Assembly (NCBI RefSeq): GCF_001194135.2
Contig: NC_068998.1
Coordinates: 11,815,880-11,879,879 of the forward strand
DNA: 64,000 bases
Origin: Octopus bimaculoides
Lineage: Eukaryota
Direction of reading: 5' to 3'
Each line of letters opens with the position of its first letter. The stretch's first letter is position 1. Below, one piece after another: positions 26,601 through 40,675 of the stretch. Both the position numbers and the translations under genes were made by a program. The notes under the pieces are model-generated. The model saw nothing but the letters and a program-made list of their open reading frames with translations, made no database searches and was not told the DNA's origin.

Positions 26601-29600
26601 GAAGTAACTAAATACCATAAGGCAGGCAATTCGTTCAGTGCCTGATTTTGCCATTTATATTAGTAATAGAGGAAGTAACAATTGCTTCAATAGGCAAAAG
26701 ACCAGAAATCTGGGGAGTGGGGATAGTTAGTCAATCAAATCAATCCCAGTACTTTTCATCGACCCAAGAAGGATGACAAGCAAAGCTAACAATGGCTGGA
26801 TATGAACACTGAATGTAAAGATCTGGAATATATATCACCAGACACTTTAACAATTCTACCAATAACAATGAAGGGAAAAGGGTTATTAGTTGATACCACT
26901 GATCCCTGTAATAGACTTGTACAGTGGTACTCAACCTGTAGTCCGCAAAGGTAGTACTGGGGGGGGGGTCTGTGAACTAAATTCAAAGTTTCATATATAT
27001 ATATATATATAAATAAGGATAAGCATATTAAAAGGGGTTTGTGGAAAAACTCATTTAAATGAAAGGGGTCCTTGGCAGTGAAAAGGTTGGGAACCACTGG
27101 ACTAGTACTTTATTGACTGGTAGGGTGAAAGGCAAAGTTGACCTCAGCAGGTTTGAACTCAGAATGTAAAGAGTCATAACAAACACTAATGATTCTGTCA
27201 ATCCCCTACCATAATAATAATAATAATAATAATAATAATCCTTTCTACAAAAGGCACAAGGCCTGAAATTTGGAGGGAGAGGACTAATTAATTACACTGA
27301 CCCCAGTGTTTTACTAGTACTTAATCTATCAAACTTGAAAGGATGAAAGACAAAGTCGACTCGGTGGAATTTGAACTCAGAACGTAGCGACAAGCAATAT
27401 ACCGCTAAACATTTCGTCCAGTGTGCCAACGGTTCTGCCGGCATTTCCGTTTTAAGCACAAGGCCAACAATTTTGAAAGGGAGATGTTAGTTGCTACCCC
27501 TCAGTACTTGACTGGTTCTTCGTTTTACTGGTCCCAAAGGAATGAAAAGCAAAGGCCGACCCATGTAGGATTCAAACTCAGTGAAAGTACCGGAACAAAT
27601 ATTGCAAGGCATTTTCTCCATGCTCTAATCATTCCTGCCAATCCACTATGATGATGATGACGATGATGATGATGATGATGATAAAAATAATGACAAAAAC
27701 AATAAAGAAAAGAGAATTTAAATTCTTCAGAGGACAATATATAAAATGGTAGAAATGATTTGCAGACTAAATCAGAATTCTAGCTTGAAACCCTTTAGAG
27801 AACCCTATGAGTGTGTTGCTGTAATGTCTGCACATGCACATATATTTACATGATACTGGTTTCAAAACTATCAACACAGCTTTGTCAATCCCTGTTGAAG
27901 ACAGACACGAACACATAATTATTCCATTCCATGTAAAATCCGACTTTGCTCTTTAGTACAGAATGAATTCAGAATTCTAAGTCAATATGTAGACCAACAC
28001 TCGTACCTTGGATAGCTAATACAGTTTCTCTATCTGCCTATCAATCTATGTATACATGCATATACATGTGAACCCACACAACACCACCAAATACATGCAT
28101 GTGTGTGTAACTGAATGGTAGATTTTGCAAGGCATACATATTATTGCATCTAATCTGTATGTAACATATGGCACACACTGCAGCAACTTAAGATAATGGC
28201 ATAGTTATGCGCCATACACTGGCTTGTCCCTAAAAATATACTCCCCCATTTACTGCACATTTAATGAGATCTCACCACCCATCACCATTACATCTCCATA
28301 TGGTAGAGTGGTTAAATAAATATATATCTTAGTTCATAGTAAAATATGAAAATATTAAGTTTTTTTCTCCTTCTTTCTTCTATTAAGCACACTACAAGTT
28401 AGATTGCCTGCTGACAATTTTTGGGGTCCTGATGCCAGTTCTAATGATCAGTATGAGACATTTCAAAAGTGTACAGTTTAAGGTTAATATAATACTTCTT
28501 CAATACATAAATTAAAATATTTATTAATCCAACTGATCAGCAACCATAACATCATATTTACATGCTATTTAATTATAGTATTCTGATAAAGATGCTTAAG
28601 ATGTCAAATAATAATTTGATAAAAGGGATTACAGACAAACAAAAATTAGAGGAAGAAAGAGGAGGTAGGGGACAGTTTTTTGAACTCAGCGGAGATCTTC
28701 AAAATCATCACAAATGTTTTAACATCTGTTTTTCCATGCCTTGCATGAGTTGGACCTTGTTTCAATCTTTTGTCATCTCCCCTGAAAGCCTACTTTCCTG
28801 AGTTTCTTGAGATCAGACACCACCTCTTCTTTCCATGTTTTTCTTCATTTTTCTCCCATCACGGGCAGTCTCCTCTGACAGCAGACAGCACTTTTTCACC
28901 CAGCCACTACTGGTCCACTATACCACATAGCTTATAAGAGTGTAGTTGTCTCTCCTGCACTCACTGGCTAATAATACATTAATGCCTAGCTGTGCTTGCA
29001 ACTTATTTCTGAGCTAACAACATACATTCAACAAAACATGCTTGCCTCATTACTCTCCCGTCTCCACAGATCATCTACAGTCAATGCCCATGTCTCACTA
29101 TCTACTCAACATCACAATGCCTCCACATTTTTCATATTTCATTCACATGGAGGGAGAAACCTCTTATTGACAATTAATAAATTAAATTATAATATTCTGC
29201 TACTAGAGCTAGAAGTTGTGTGTTGAAACATTGGACATTAAACTTGTTGTTTTAGATTATTCACAGTTTGTTATCTTAGATAATGTAAATATCATATAAG
29301 ACTTCAGCCAATTAGTCAGAGGCCCACTTCTGTATCAATTATCATTCTAATAACAACGCTGTAAATTAAGTCTCTCTTTCTCCACTTGGTGCCTCTTTCT
29401 CAACAACTATTACATGACTAATCCAGTATGTAACACCCTTGTGAAATTCAAGGCACAGCATTTTTTTTTTTGTTTCTTTATATAAAGTAGTTGTATAAAA
29501 TAATATCTAAAATTTTCTTTACAATTAAATTTGAAGTCAAAACAGAGAAAAAAAAAAAAAAAAAAACTAAATACTAGAAAGCTGTGGTCAACTTGTTACT

Positions 29601-31375
29601 CTGAGGCTTAAAGATTGTAAGTCAGATGCTCTAAGTTTTGATAGCATTGAGACAACGAAAATATATATATAAAAATAAACTAAGTCATTTAAAACAACTG
29701 AAATAACATGAATAATCCCATTACATAGAGTCTTATATTCTAGCTTACACTTTAGAATACTAATTGTTAGGCTTATTAGATAATGAGTTGAAACACTGTG
29801 CAAATGCTTTTGGGTAAAGGAACATATTTCGCTGGCACCAATAAACGAACAAAAAAAAAATTGATCCATCTCATTCTATAGCAGAACATCTAAACAAAAG
29901 TCATTTAAACTATTTTTGAAAATATTGTAAAATTGCAAATCTGATCAACCAATGCCAATAAAATATTCCACTGGGTCTAAATATAGCAGTTTATTTTATT
30001 AATTTATAAAATTTATTACAGCAATTTGAAAAATATTTGGAACCAACAGTGGCACAAATTTTTGTAATGGCAAAGATATTTCAGATCAGGATGTTTACTT
30101 GTTACATGTAAATCACTGTATAATTTGTAAATAAATATTCCAAATACACTTTACATTAAAGAGCAGAACAGCCAATTTAATTAACTTTATGGTTTCAAGT
30201 ATCACTACCTTACAATGTACATGATGTGAATCATGTAATTTAATGAAAGAATAACTTTAATAGAACTTAGGGAATTAACCTCATCTACAGCTTCCCATAA
30301 GCACTTTTATTGTTCTTAGTAGATCTAAGTTAATTAGTTTATTTTGGAGTTAATTATACAAATGACTTGGCTTAATGAAGGAACACTTACAGAGGCTAAT
30401 GCTTTTCCTAATGTGTCTCCTGTTTGTGTAGTTCCTTGATTACGAGAGGCCTGCATAATATCAGAGCCATTCACTGTAGGTGAAGTGTTGGAAAATGTGG
30501 ATGATGACACAGGAGGCACAGTAGGTAGCGTGTTGCTACTACTGCGAAATGTTGACATAGGAGGAAGACCTGATGATAGCATAGCTTCATGATTTGGGGA
30601 AACAGTATGGTAACCCTAAAAAATAAACAAATTTTACTTTATTGAAGATGGCACTAAAATTATTTTTTGGTTAAAATGCAATTAAAAAAAAAACAAAGCA
30701 AGAAATAAACAATAAATAAAAATGAAAATGTTTAAAAGTGGACAAGTCATCTGTTTTCTGCTGGCAAAACTGGTTTTTCTTTTTAAGTCCATTCTGGTGT
30801 AAATGGGGAAATTGTTGTCAGAGTAAATGTTCAGAGAGGAAAATATTCAGGATAAATTCTGCTTTATTAAAACTTTTACTGGAGATTCTAAACAATTATT
30901 ATTAGTTGCTAATTAAGACAAATCTACATAATCACATTAGGGAACATGTTATCAGATCTAATATAAATTTAGAAAACAAAGAAGTCAGAGGCATTTAAAA
31001 TAAATTTTAGACATAAATGAATATACTACAGTTGTGGGGAGTATAGGAAGCAGAGTCCCAAGTTTGCTGGGGTCATGAAAATCAAATAAATTTCAGAAGA
31101 AACTGGCGAACCAACAGGAAATAAAATGATCATAAAATAAAAAAAAAATAAAAAAAAAAAAAAANNNNNNNNNNNNNNNNNNNNNNNNNNNNNNNNNNNN
31201 NNNNNNNNNNNNNNNNNNNNNNNNNNNNNNNNNNNNNNNNNNNNNNNNNNNNNNNNNNNNNNNNNNNNNNNNNNNNNNNNNNNNNNNNNNNNNNNNNNNN
31301 NNNNNNNNNNNNNNNNNNNNNNNNNNNNNNNNNNNNNNNNNNNNNNNNNNNNNNNNNNNNNNNNNNNNNNNNNNN

Positions 31376-31425
<50 letters not shown>

Positions 31426-34400
31426 TGAGTATGCATGTGTACACATACACACCAACATACAAACACACACATATATATATATATATATATAACACAAACA
31501 TATTCAAGAAATGGTCTTTTTTTTTCTGTTTCTGAAGCCAGTTTTAAAGAAAGGCTTGCTACTACCACCTAATATAGGTTAGAAAAACATAGGGTAAGGG
31601 AGGTTAAAGAAAGAATGAATTAACAGCAGCATTCTATTTGAAAAGAAACCCAAGCTGTTGCTTAGCTAGCTACTTGTGTTGAACAAACTAATTCCTTCCC
31701 TATCATGGAGATTGAGTGATACCACATGGGAGTAGGAAGCTAAGATTTTCCTTCAGAAGAACTGATTTCCTTCAGGCTCCTGACAGTAGCTTGACCCCTG
31801 TAAAAAGTTGCTGAGGGAAGCCATCTCCTCAAGATTGATATCTGATATATTGACTAAGAAGTAAAGATTAATTAGATTTACTAAGTGAAGATCAACAATA
31901 AACTTTAAATATTTTTGTTATAGATTAACAAATTAAAAATTTCTTGTGATTTTGTTGATTGCTTTAATCAACAAAATCACAAGAAATTTTTAATTCTGGA
32001 AAAAAAGAAAGAAAGAAAGAAAAAAAAAGCAACAAAACAAAACAAAAACAAATCACAATGTTATTGTAATATAATATATATAAATGTTATTGTAGAGAAG
32101 TGTGTGCATGTGTTTACAATTTTTAAATAGACTGATGAACAGATACATAAAGCAAATCGCATATCTTATGAGGTTTACCTGTACAACAGTGTTTAAAAAA
32201 TGTAAACATATTTGCGATTTAATGCTAGTGGCTTCACAGAAATAAAAAATCATTACATATAAACACATACATGAGAACGAGAGGGCATTTATATCATTTT
32301 GACCTAGTAAAAAAAAAGAACAGCTAACATGTTTTTGACATTTTAAAGAAAACCAAACATGTAGATATAATAAAGAGTACTTGCATATGGAAGAAAAATA
32401 AAAATGGGGAACACATTCTACTATGTTTGAAAATGATTTGGAATAATTTAGCTATTTATATCCATTTTTGAAACAATGATTGATGAAGGTGTGAATATAT
32501 TTGAAACCAGTAAAATGTAAACATGTGCATGTATAGATATCACAGTAACACAAATACATAATCTTTAGTTTAAGGGTTTCAAAAGAATCAGCTTAATACT
32601 GAAAATCACACACACACACGAGAGCAAGAGAAAGGGACTTAGAAGTGAATATAAAAGTCTTTGTGTTCTTAAATGACTAAAATGACTTTTCCACATCATA
32701 TATATTATACCCTTATAAATACATTTATATATACAAAGGTGAGAAAAGTACTCAATACATATAGTGGAGTCTTATATTAAGAAGAATCTGAAATATCAAT
32801 GTTGCACGACTAACAGGTGATGCGAAACAGATTAACAAGTATGGTATCTCAAGTTTATATACACACACGGCTGTGTGATTTCAAAGTTTGCTTCCCAACC
32901 ACATGCTTTCAGGTTCAATCCCACAGTGTAGTACCTTCAAGTGTTTTCTACAAAAGGCTTTGACCAACCAATGTTTTGTGGGAGAATCTGGCAGATAAAA
33001 ACTATCTCATTTATACCACACACACATACATACATACACACTAAAACAATCACTGGAGTCGATATGATCAATTAGAAGTAGAAAACTAATAGAAATATTT
33101 TCCTGTTATTGACAGCCAATTTATAATTTTCTAAAGGATTAGTAAATGAACTATTAACACTCATGAGATGGGTTTAATAGTTGATAGGCAAACTTTTGAA
33201 ATAGCCATCATTACTTTATGGAGAATGAAATAGGCAAGGATTCAGGAGACTGTTTCCTTTTTGAAAGAATTTTTTGTCCAAAACATTCCCCACTCCTTAC
33301 ATTTTTGCCCATCAACTCCATGTCCTTTTCTGGTAAAATTTTACTGGTACTTTTCTCCACGAGGTGGAGATAGTTATTCTGGAAGTCCACTGATCACCTA
33401 TTAACCTGTCTCACAAGTACAGTAGTTTTCTTTACTAATCATCATCATTGTTTAATGTCTGCTTTCCATGCTGGCATGGGTTGGACGATTTGACTGAGGA
33501 CTGGCGAACCAGATGGCTACACCAGGCTCCAATCTGATCTGGCAGAGTTTCTACAGCTGGATGCCCTTCCTAATGCCAACCACTCCGAGAGTGTAGTGGG
33601 TACTTTTATGTGCCACCGGCACAAAGGCCAGTCAGGCGGTACTGGAAATGCCCACACTCAAATGATGTTTTTTATGTGCCATCTGCACAGGAGCCAGTCC
33701 GGCGGCACTGGCAACGACCTTGCTCAAAAATATTTTTTCACATGCCACTGGCACAAGTTCCAGTAAGGTAATACTGATAACAATCGCGCTCAAATGGTGC
33801 TTTTTACATGCCACTGGCACGGTTAAGAAATTGGCTGTATGTGTGTGTCTGTGTGTCAACATGCATGTGTGCATGTTACAAACAATAGCAGATCCTACTA
33901 GAGAGTAACACAGAATGAAAATTAAATTTTTTTTTTATAAGTAAAGCCTGCAGAGCAGTTTGAAATGGCTTCTTGCACTGAGTTCATGCCCCACTGAAGC
34001 CAAATACTGGTACTTTACTAGAAAAATGAAAGGCAAAGTTGACATCAGTACTGAATTCATTAAACCATACACTCTCCCGAAATATGTGGATCTGCGTCTC
34101 TGTGTCTCTGCTAGAAACCTTTAGATTTGGGTTTTAAGCCTTTAAAATCTAAAGGCTCCAAGAATAAGATGAAGGAGGGCATGGAAGAAGAAAAAAAGCA
34201 GTCTTTTATATATATTGATTATCAAGTGCATATTTTTGCATGAGAGAGAAAAGAAATAAATGGCCAACTACATCAAGCTGAAGATGTTTAATGATAGAAG
34301 AAAGATTGAGAATCATAACTGTAGAGGATTCTTTGCTAGCTTGAAACGTTTGTAGTTCTTATTTAGCTCCATTGAGACCTGATTGAGAAAACCTATGATT

Positions 34401-34974
34401 AAAGCCTTCCAACAATAAACATCTGTCAAATTGTATAGCAGGGACTAACATTCTCATGCATGCTCCCCCCACTTTTTTTTTTTTTGAAGACAAGTAGAGT
34501 GTGATTTGAGCTTAGCTGCTATTTCTAGCAAGTGCAATTGACCACAAAGAGGCTCCATTAGTTAGTTGTTTAGCCCCAGGTTAGCATCATTTTAGACTGA
34601 ACTTGCGATGAAAAGCATTCCAGCAGTGACCACCCCGTCCCATTCCCAAGCGCAGAGCATGTACTGAGAACCACATTATTCCAATATGTCTTTTCCAGAT
34701 GGTAGGATGTAATTTGAGAGTTATGCGACTGCTATTTGCAACTTGTCAAATGGCCATGTTAAGGGGCCTCCTCATTGGCCCATGTCATTGAGTAAAAAGA
34801 ACCAATCACAAAAAGGGTATATATATATATATATATATACATATATATTTTTTGTTTTTAAACACAAGCAACGTCCAAAACATTAGATTTGCTTCCTTTT
34901 GTTCTTGCATGTGTGTTTGTGCATGTAGTCAGTTTGTACACATGTAACCAAGAGCATATATATATGTATGTATG

Positions 34975-35021
<47 letters not shown>

Positions 35022-38000
35022 CTTACTGATATATAGTCAGCTCTGACTGAGAAGACCATTGATAAAAGTTATCCAGCCAACCCATCTATTTCAAAATATC
35101 AGAATTCACATTTTCTAATGAATCTTTTTTTTCTTTTTTTATTAAGCTTTAGTTGCTATTTCTTGCAAGTGGATCAACTTACATAGAGGCTTTATTGCTG
35201 TTTAGTCCCAGGCTCTGAATGAGCAAATGTATGATAAAAGGCATTGCAGCACTGACCAGAAGAGATTTGGCCGCCATTTGTAATATGTCAAGCAACCGTG
35301 GAGATACCTCACTGGTCTGTGACTGTTTCAGTTATTGTGTACTTCCTGATCATACCTGATCAAAACATATTCACTATGAAATGCATTCCAGTTATGGCCA
35401 TCCCATTCCTTTCCCAGACAAAGAGCACACTCCACTGAGAATTACATGAGTCCAATCTCCCCTTTTCCAGACAGTAGAATGTAATTTGAGAACGACATGG
35501 CTGCTATTTGTAGCATTATTGAAGGGCCATGTATATTGGCTCATGTCATTGAGTAAAATGAATGAACCAACCAACCATAAAAAGAGAACATGTTCATATA
35601 TATTTGTGTACATACGTATGTTTGTTTTAGTACAAACGCAGTTTCCGAAACGGTTCCTGCTTGTGCCTGGATTCATTACTCAACTTGCATGTGTGAATAA
35701 GCTTACTTTCATGCTTACATGACAGCGTGTGTATATGTGTATTCTTCATTTACATCTGGTTGTGTGCTTAAATTTGTATGTATGTTTATGTGACTGTAAG
35801 CACACGCAAGTATAGTATATGTTCATGTATGAGCTGTAGGAACATGAATGTATACTTAGGCTTGTCTCCGCATATGTGAACATGTATATTGTGTGTATAT
35901 GTACTTGTCTGTGCACATACCTGTCTATAACAACAAATCAATCCACAGTAATGGATTGAGCTAATCATGGATTTCTAATTAGTGTCAGTCAGGAAAAGTA
36001 CAATAAATGAATCCACGAATGGTTTCAAGTATTTCTGTTGTTCAACTGAATTACGGAGATAATGCCTGAGTAGTTTCTTTTTAAAACCATAACTTAATTC
36101 TCAGGCAGAATCAGCAATATAGAGTATGTTGTGACAAGGCAGGCCTTTTAAACTAAATGTGCTGTCCATTATAAAAATGAACCTTTTAAGCACTAGGCCA
36201 TGTCTACAAATACACACATACACGCACATGTGTGTGTGTGTTTATTGACAAATTGGGTTCACTTCCATAGCATGACATGAAGGGCAAGTGTTCTACTTGA
36301 GCCTTGGGTTCACAAATGACTTGTAAAGCAAGTCTGGAAGGCAGAAACTGTACAGAAGCCAGTTGCACATGCAGGGACTTACATGCATACATGGTTATGT
36401 GTATGCGCATACATAAGGAACAACTTTTCTTTCAAATATGCTATATATATATATATATATATATAATAAAGATCACCTTAATGCATACGTTTCCATAATT
36501 GCTTGACGCAGATGTACACTTTACTGATGCAGATATTCTATGACTGAATACTCTTCCGTCAAATCTCACCTGTGTCCTAGATAATATTACCCCATGGCCA
36601 GACACATTTCCATGGAAGAGTGGAAATGAACAATACTGTTTGTACGATGATGGTACAACTACCAAGCAAATGTTCAAGACAAGGAGACACAAATAATCCT
36701 CACTCCACTCATGCAAACACACACACACACAGAGCAGGCTTCTTAAACCTTCTGCCAACCAAATCATCTCGTAAAGGCTTTTGTAGGCCAAAGGCTGTAG
36801 TAGAAAACATTTACTCAAGGTGCCATGCAGTAGGACTGAACTGGACACTACACACTTGGCTGGTTTGGGGCTGCCATAAAAGACATTTACCCAAGATACT
36901 GAGCATGAAATCAGCTATTTATAGGAAGAAAAAAAATTTTAATCTTGCATTTATTTCACAGGTAACAGAAAGCATCTTTTTAAAAATATAAATCATGTAT
37001 TCTATATATGTTCAGTACAAAATCAATACAATGAAAATAATAAAACAGACTGATTCTAAGAAAAAATAGTGTTTTGTGTGAATAGGGTTTATTATATTTA
37101 ACTACCACGATGGCAATTAAACAAATAAAACATCAAACTAAGGAATAAATTAAAAGAGTAAAGAGTAACACAAATCCATATCCAATAAATGCCTCCAGCA
37201 TTAACAAATTATGCTGCTAAATCCCACAAATTACCGAGTCTCAAATTTCTTATTATGTTTACTACAAGTCATTATTTTGATTTATTTCCTTTGAATCCTG
37301 GTGCAGACACTTTACCCTAATTCACAGCTTTTTTATGCCTTGTTCACACTATTTAAATTCATAAATATACAACTAAACTCATTAAAAACATCTTGCCTAA
37401 ATCTCTTGGGGAATGCATTTACTAATAAGTCTATTGAGGGTAAATGTCATGGTTTGCCTAAATGCATCTAATACGCAGATGATCTGCAGTATACAGGCAA
37501 TATGAGAAAGGAACAAAGAAGTAATTATATTTTTTGCGGTCTGACGTATTTAAAATCTATTTGTGGGTGAAATCATGAATGTTTAGTTACTATTCTATAT
37601 TACTATCATGAAATCATGGGCCTTGACAAATGTTTCGTTAAATTTTATTATAAACCCACTTGACCTGATGAACTGTGTCAAATTTCTTCATGTTAATTTA
37701 GAACAACAGCGAAATTGTTCATGATGCAGACATTGGTGGTGTCAGAAATCAAATTAGCCAAAAAACTGAAATTAGATGATAAAAGTAACGACAACAATGA
37801 TTTCTGTCGTTTTACTGCCCTTTTTTTTATACCTGCGTGAGGTGGATACATGAAATAATCAATGGTATTAACATATAGAAATTTAAATTGCTAAACCTAT
37901 AACATGAGAAATAGAAAACCTATCATGTTAATCATCTTTAAAAGCAGACTACACAATGTGGTCGTGCATTCTAAATTTACTTAAAATTTCTAAGCTTGTC

Positions 38001-40634
38001 ATCAGTCAATAAAGTTAAGGATTAGAAGAACAATATATGGCTGATTTTGTTAAGCGATGAAATAATTTGCCCAACAAACCAGCCTGATATTTTATATGCA
38101 GAAAGATAGCAACATTTAATTTTTGTGCCAGGAGCCTCACAATAGTTTCCTAATATTAACTATCATAACAAGCAGTCAAGCAGATAATAAATGAAAATAA
38201 TATTCCTCTGAGATTTCTTACTCAGCCTTATTTTCCTCCATGCCACCCATCTGCTCCAATTAAAATTTATTTAATGCTGTAGGCGGGTATAATGAATACA
38301 GCAAAAAAATAAGAAAACAAGAGAAAACAAAAAAAAAAACACACACACTAAGAAACCCAGGTATAAAGTAACAGGATTTTAATTTGCTGGGGCAACTGGA
38401 GATAGAGGAAGAAAGATTAAATAGTGTTAAGATATAAGTTATCTTAATAACATGGATGAAGAAGGGAAGGTGATGATCACGTGGCGTCCTGAAAGCAACA
38501 GTAGCAGAACAGTAATTCAGAACAATGATGATGAATATTACAGACCTTCTGGTAGAAAGTATGTTCAGGATGAGAGACTACAGTTAATGCAATGATGGAA
38601 AATAAGGCACATTCTTGTATGTACATACAAGAATATACACAGTAACAAGTTTCTCGTATTAGTAAGTTCATCTCAACTATGTTCTAAGAAACAATTGAAT
38701 TATTTCAATGAATTTGAAAACCTAATGAAATTTCTGGTGTCAATTGTTCAGTAGAATATATGACCATCTCTACTGGTCTTAACCATTAATCTAGAATTAA
38801 TCATGCTGGAATTTGATTTAATATCACACATCAAAGAACTATTGTAGTCTGGATATATGTCTGATGAAGGTTTCTAATTGAAGGTTTGCTTACTTTTAAA
38901 CTACACAATACCACAAACCCTTATACATATATCTGGGCTATGTTTGATGTTTAGAGAGAAATGAACCAAATCAAGAGACAACAAAAATAATTTACTTACC
39001 ATGTCATGGGTATGATGCATGCCACTGTAAGTTGATGGCTGACTATAATGATGGGAGCTACTATTGTGTAGAACTGATGAAGTGTATGAGGATGTAGGAA
39101 GGCCATTATTTTGAGACCATGGGTCGCTAGAACTATGTGGATTATCTGTCAAGAGAAAGAAACATTAAACAGTTTAAATTTAATTATGAAGCATTAAATA
39201 TTGTCCAAGCTGGTATATAAGATGCATTTTTTTTTTTATTCTTAAATATAACAAAAGGTTGCCAAGAATCTAATTTGACTGCATTGCGGATAGGATACAA
39301 AGGGAATGATGAAACGTTAAATTTTTTTTCTTTAAAAACATAAAAAAAGGAAGGGTTTATTTTATGCAAGAGTAAGTCTTACAGACTGGCAAATACAGTG
39401 CTTTAAATTCAATCAACAGTACTAATTACAAAGTTTAACTCGAAAATGGGTAATTGCTGGAATTTAGTCTAAGCTGAAATTAAAAAATGAGTTAAAGACC
39501 AGCTAACTTAATACCAATTAGGGGCAATATTTTCCTAATTTTGTTGATACAAAAGAGTACAAAAATACTGAATATTTGGACCAAAAGCTTAAAATTTATG
39601 CTGTAAAAGTAAAACCATATCGAATAGGAAATCTCTTTAATGTTGTACACATGTATGTATGTTTATATAAACACACACTTATTATCTTTTTTTTATTCCA
39701 GTGTAGGAGCCTGTACTTGGTTGTTCAACTGCTGATGTGTTTTTCAAGCTTCTTACTGCCTTGAAAATGGAAACCATATTTTATGACAACATTAAAAAAA
39801 AAAAGATGGCCATGGAACACCAATTAAATTATGAACTTTAACTGAGCTAACACACCAGATAGACAAGATAGAGTTTACGATGGTTTTAATGTAAAGGGCC
39901 AGTGGATTACTCTTAAGCATACCTACAAACCCAGTACATTAATGTTAAATGTAATGAACCAGAGAATCTACTGCTATACTGTCAAGTATGCAAATATTTT
40001 ATGTTGTTAAATATATGCCCTAACATATATGATTAAGTACACACACACACACACACACACACACCAAGCATTACTTAGTTAAATATACTGGTTTATTTGC
40101 TTTGAAATAAATAAATAAAACTAGTGAGAATTTACATTTCATTTAATTCTACTGGTAAAAAATTCAACTTCACTAGACTTGATGTGGCTCCGTTGTTAAG
40201 TAGCAAATTATATACTAACAGGATCAACAATATTACTGAAACTATCAGAAGTTATATAATTAAATCTAATTAAACATTAACAAATGGTACATATATATTA
40301 TTTTGCAATGGGTAGTCATTTCTAATCTCAAGAAACTTTATTTAAATGAAGATCAAAGTTAAACAAAACAATAGATTGGTTTAATAATATATCATATTTT
40401 TATGTTGTATATTTAATACTTTAGCATCTCAGTCAGAGCAGAATTTACACCTAGAACAGATAAATATCACAGCTACCACAACAACTACTGTTGGCAGAAA
40501 TGAAAGGGTCAAGAATGAAAATATTTATAACAGATAGAAAAAATATGCAGCAGTCAACAACATGAAAACCAAGAATGTTATGTATATCTTTCAGTATATG
40601 TATTGCACACATGCTTATATGAGTTTTGGGTTTA

Positions 40635-40675
<41 letters not shown>

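Noticed and set aside
37473-37490. YADDLQ, a reverse-transcriptase-like motif
   Set aside because: Directly preceded by a stop, with no other RT motifs nearby.
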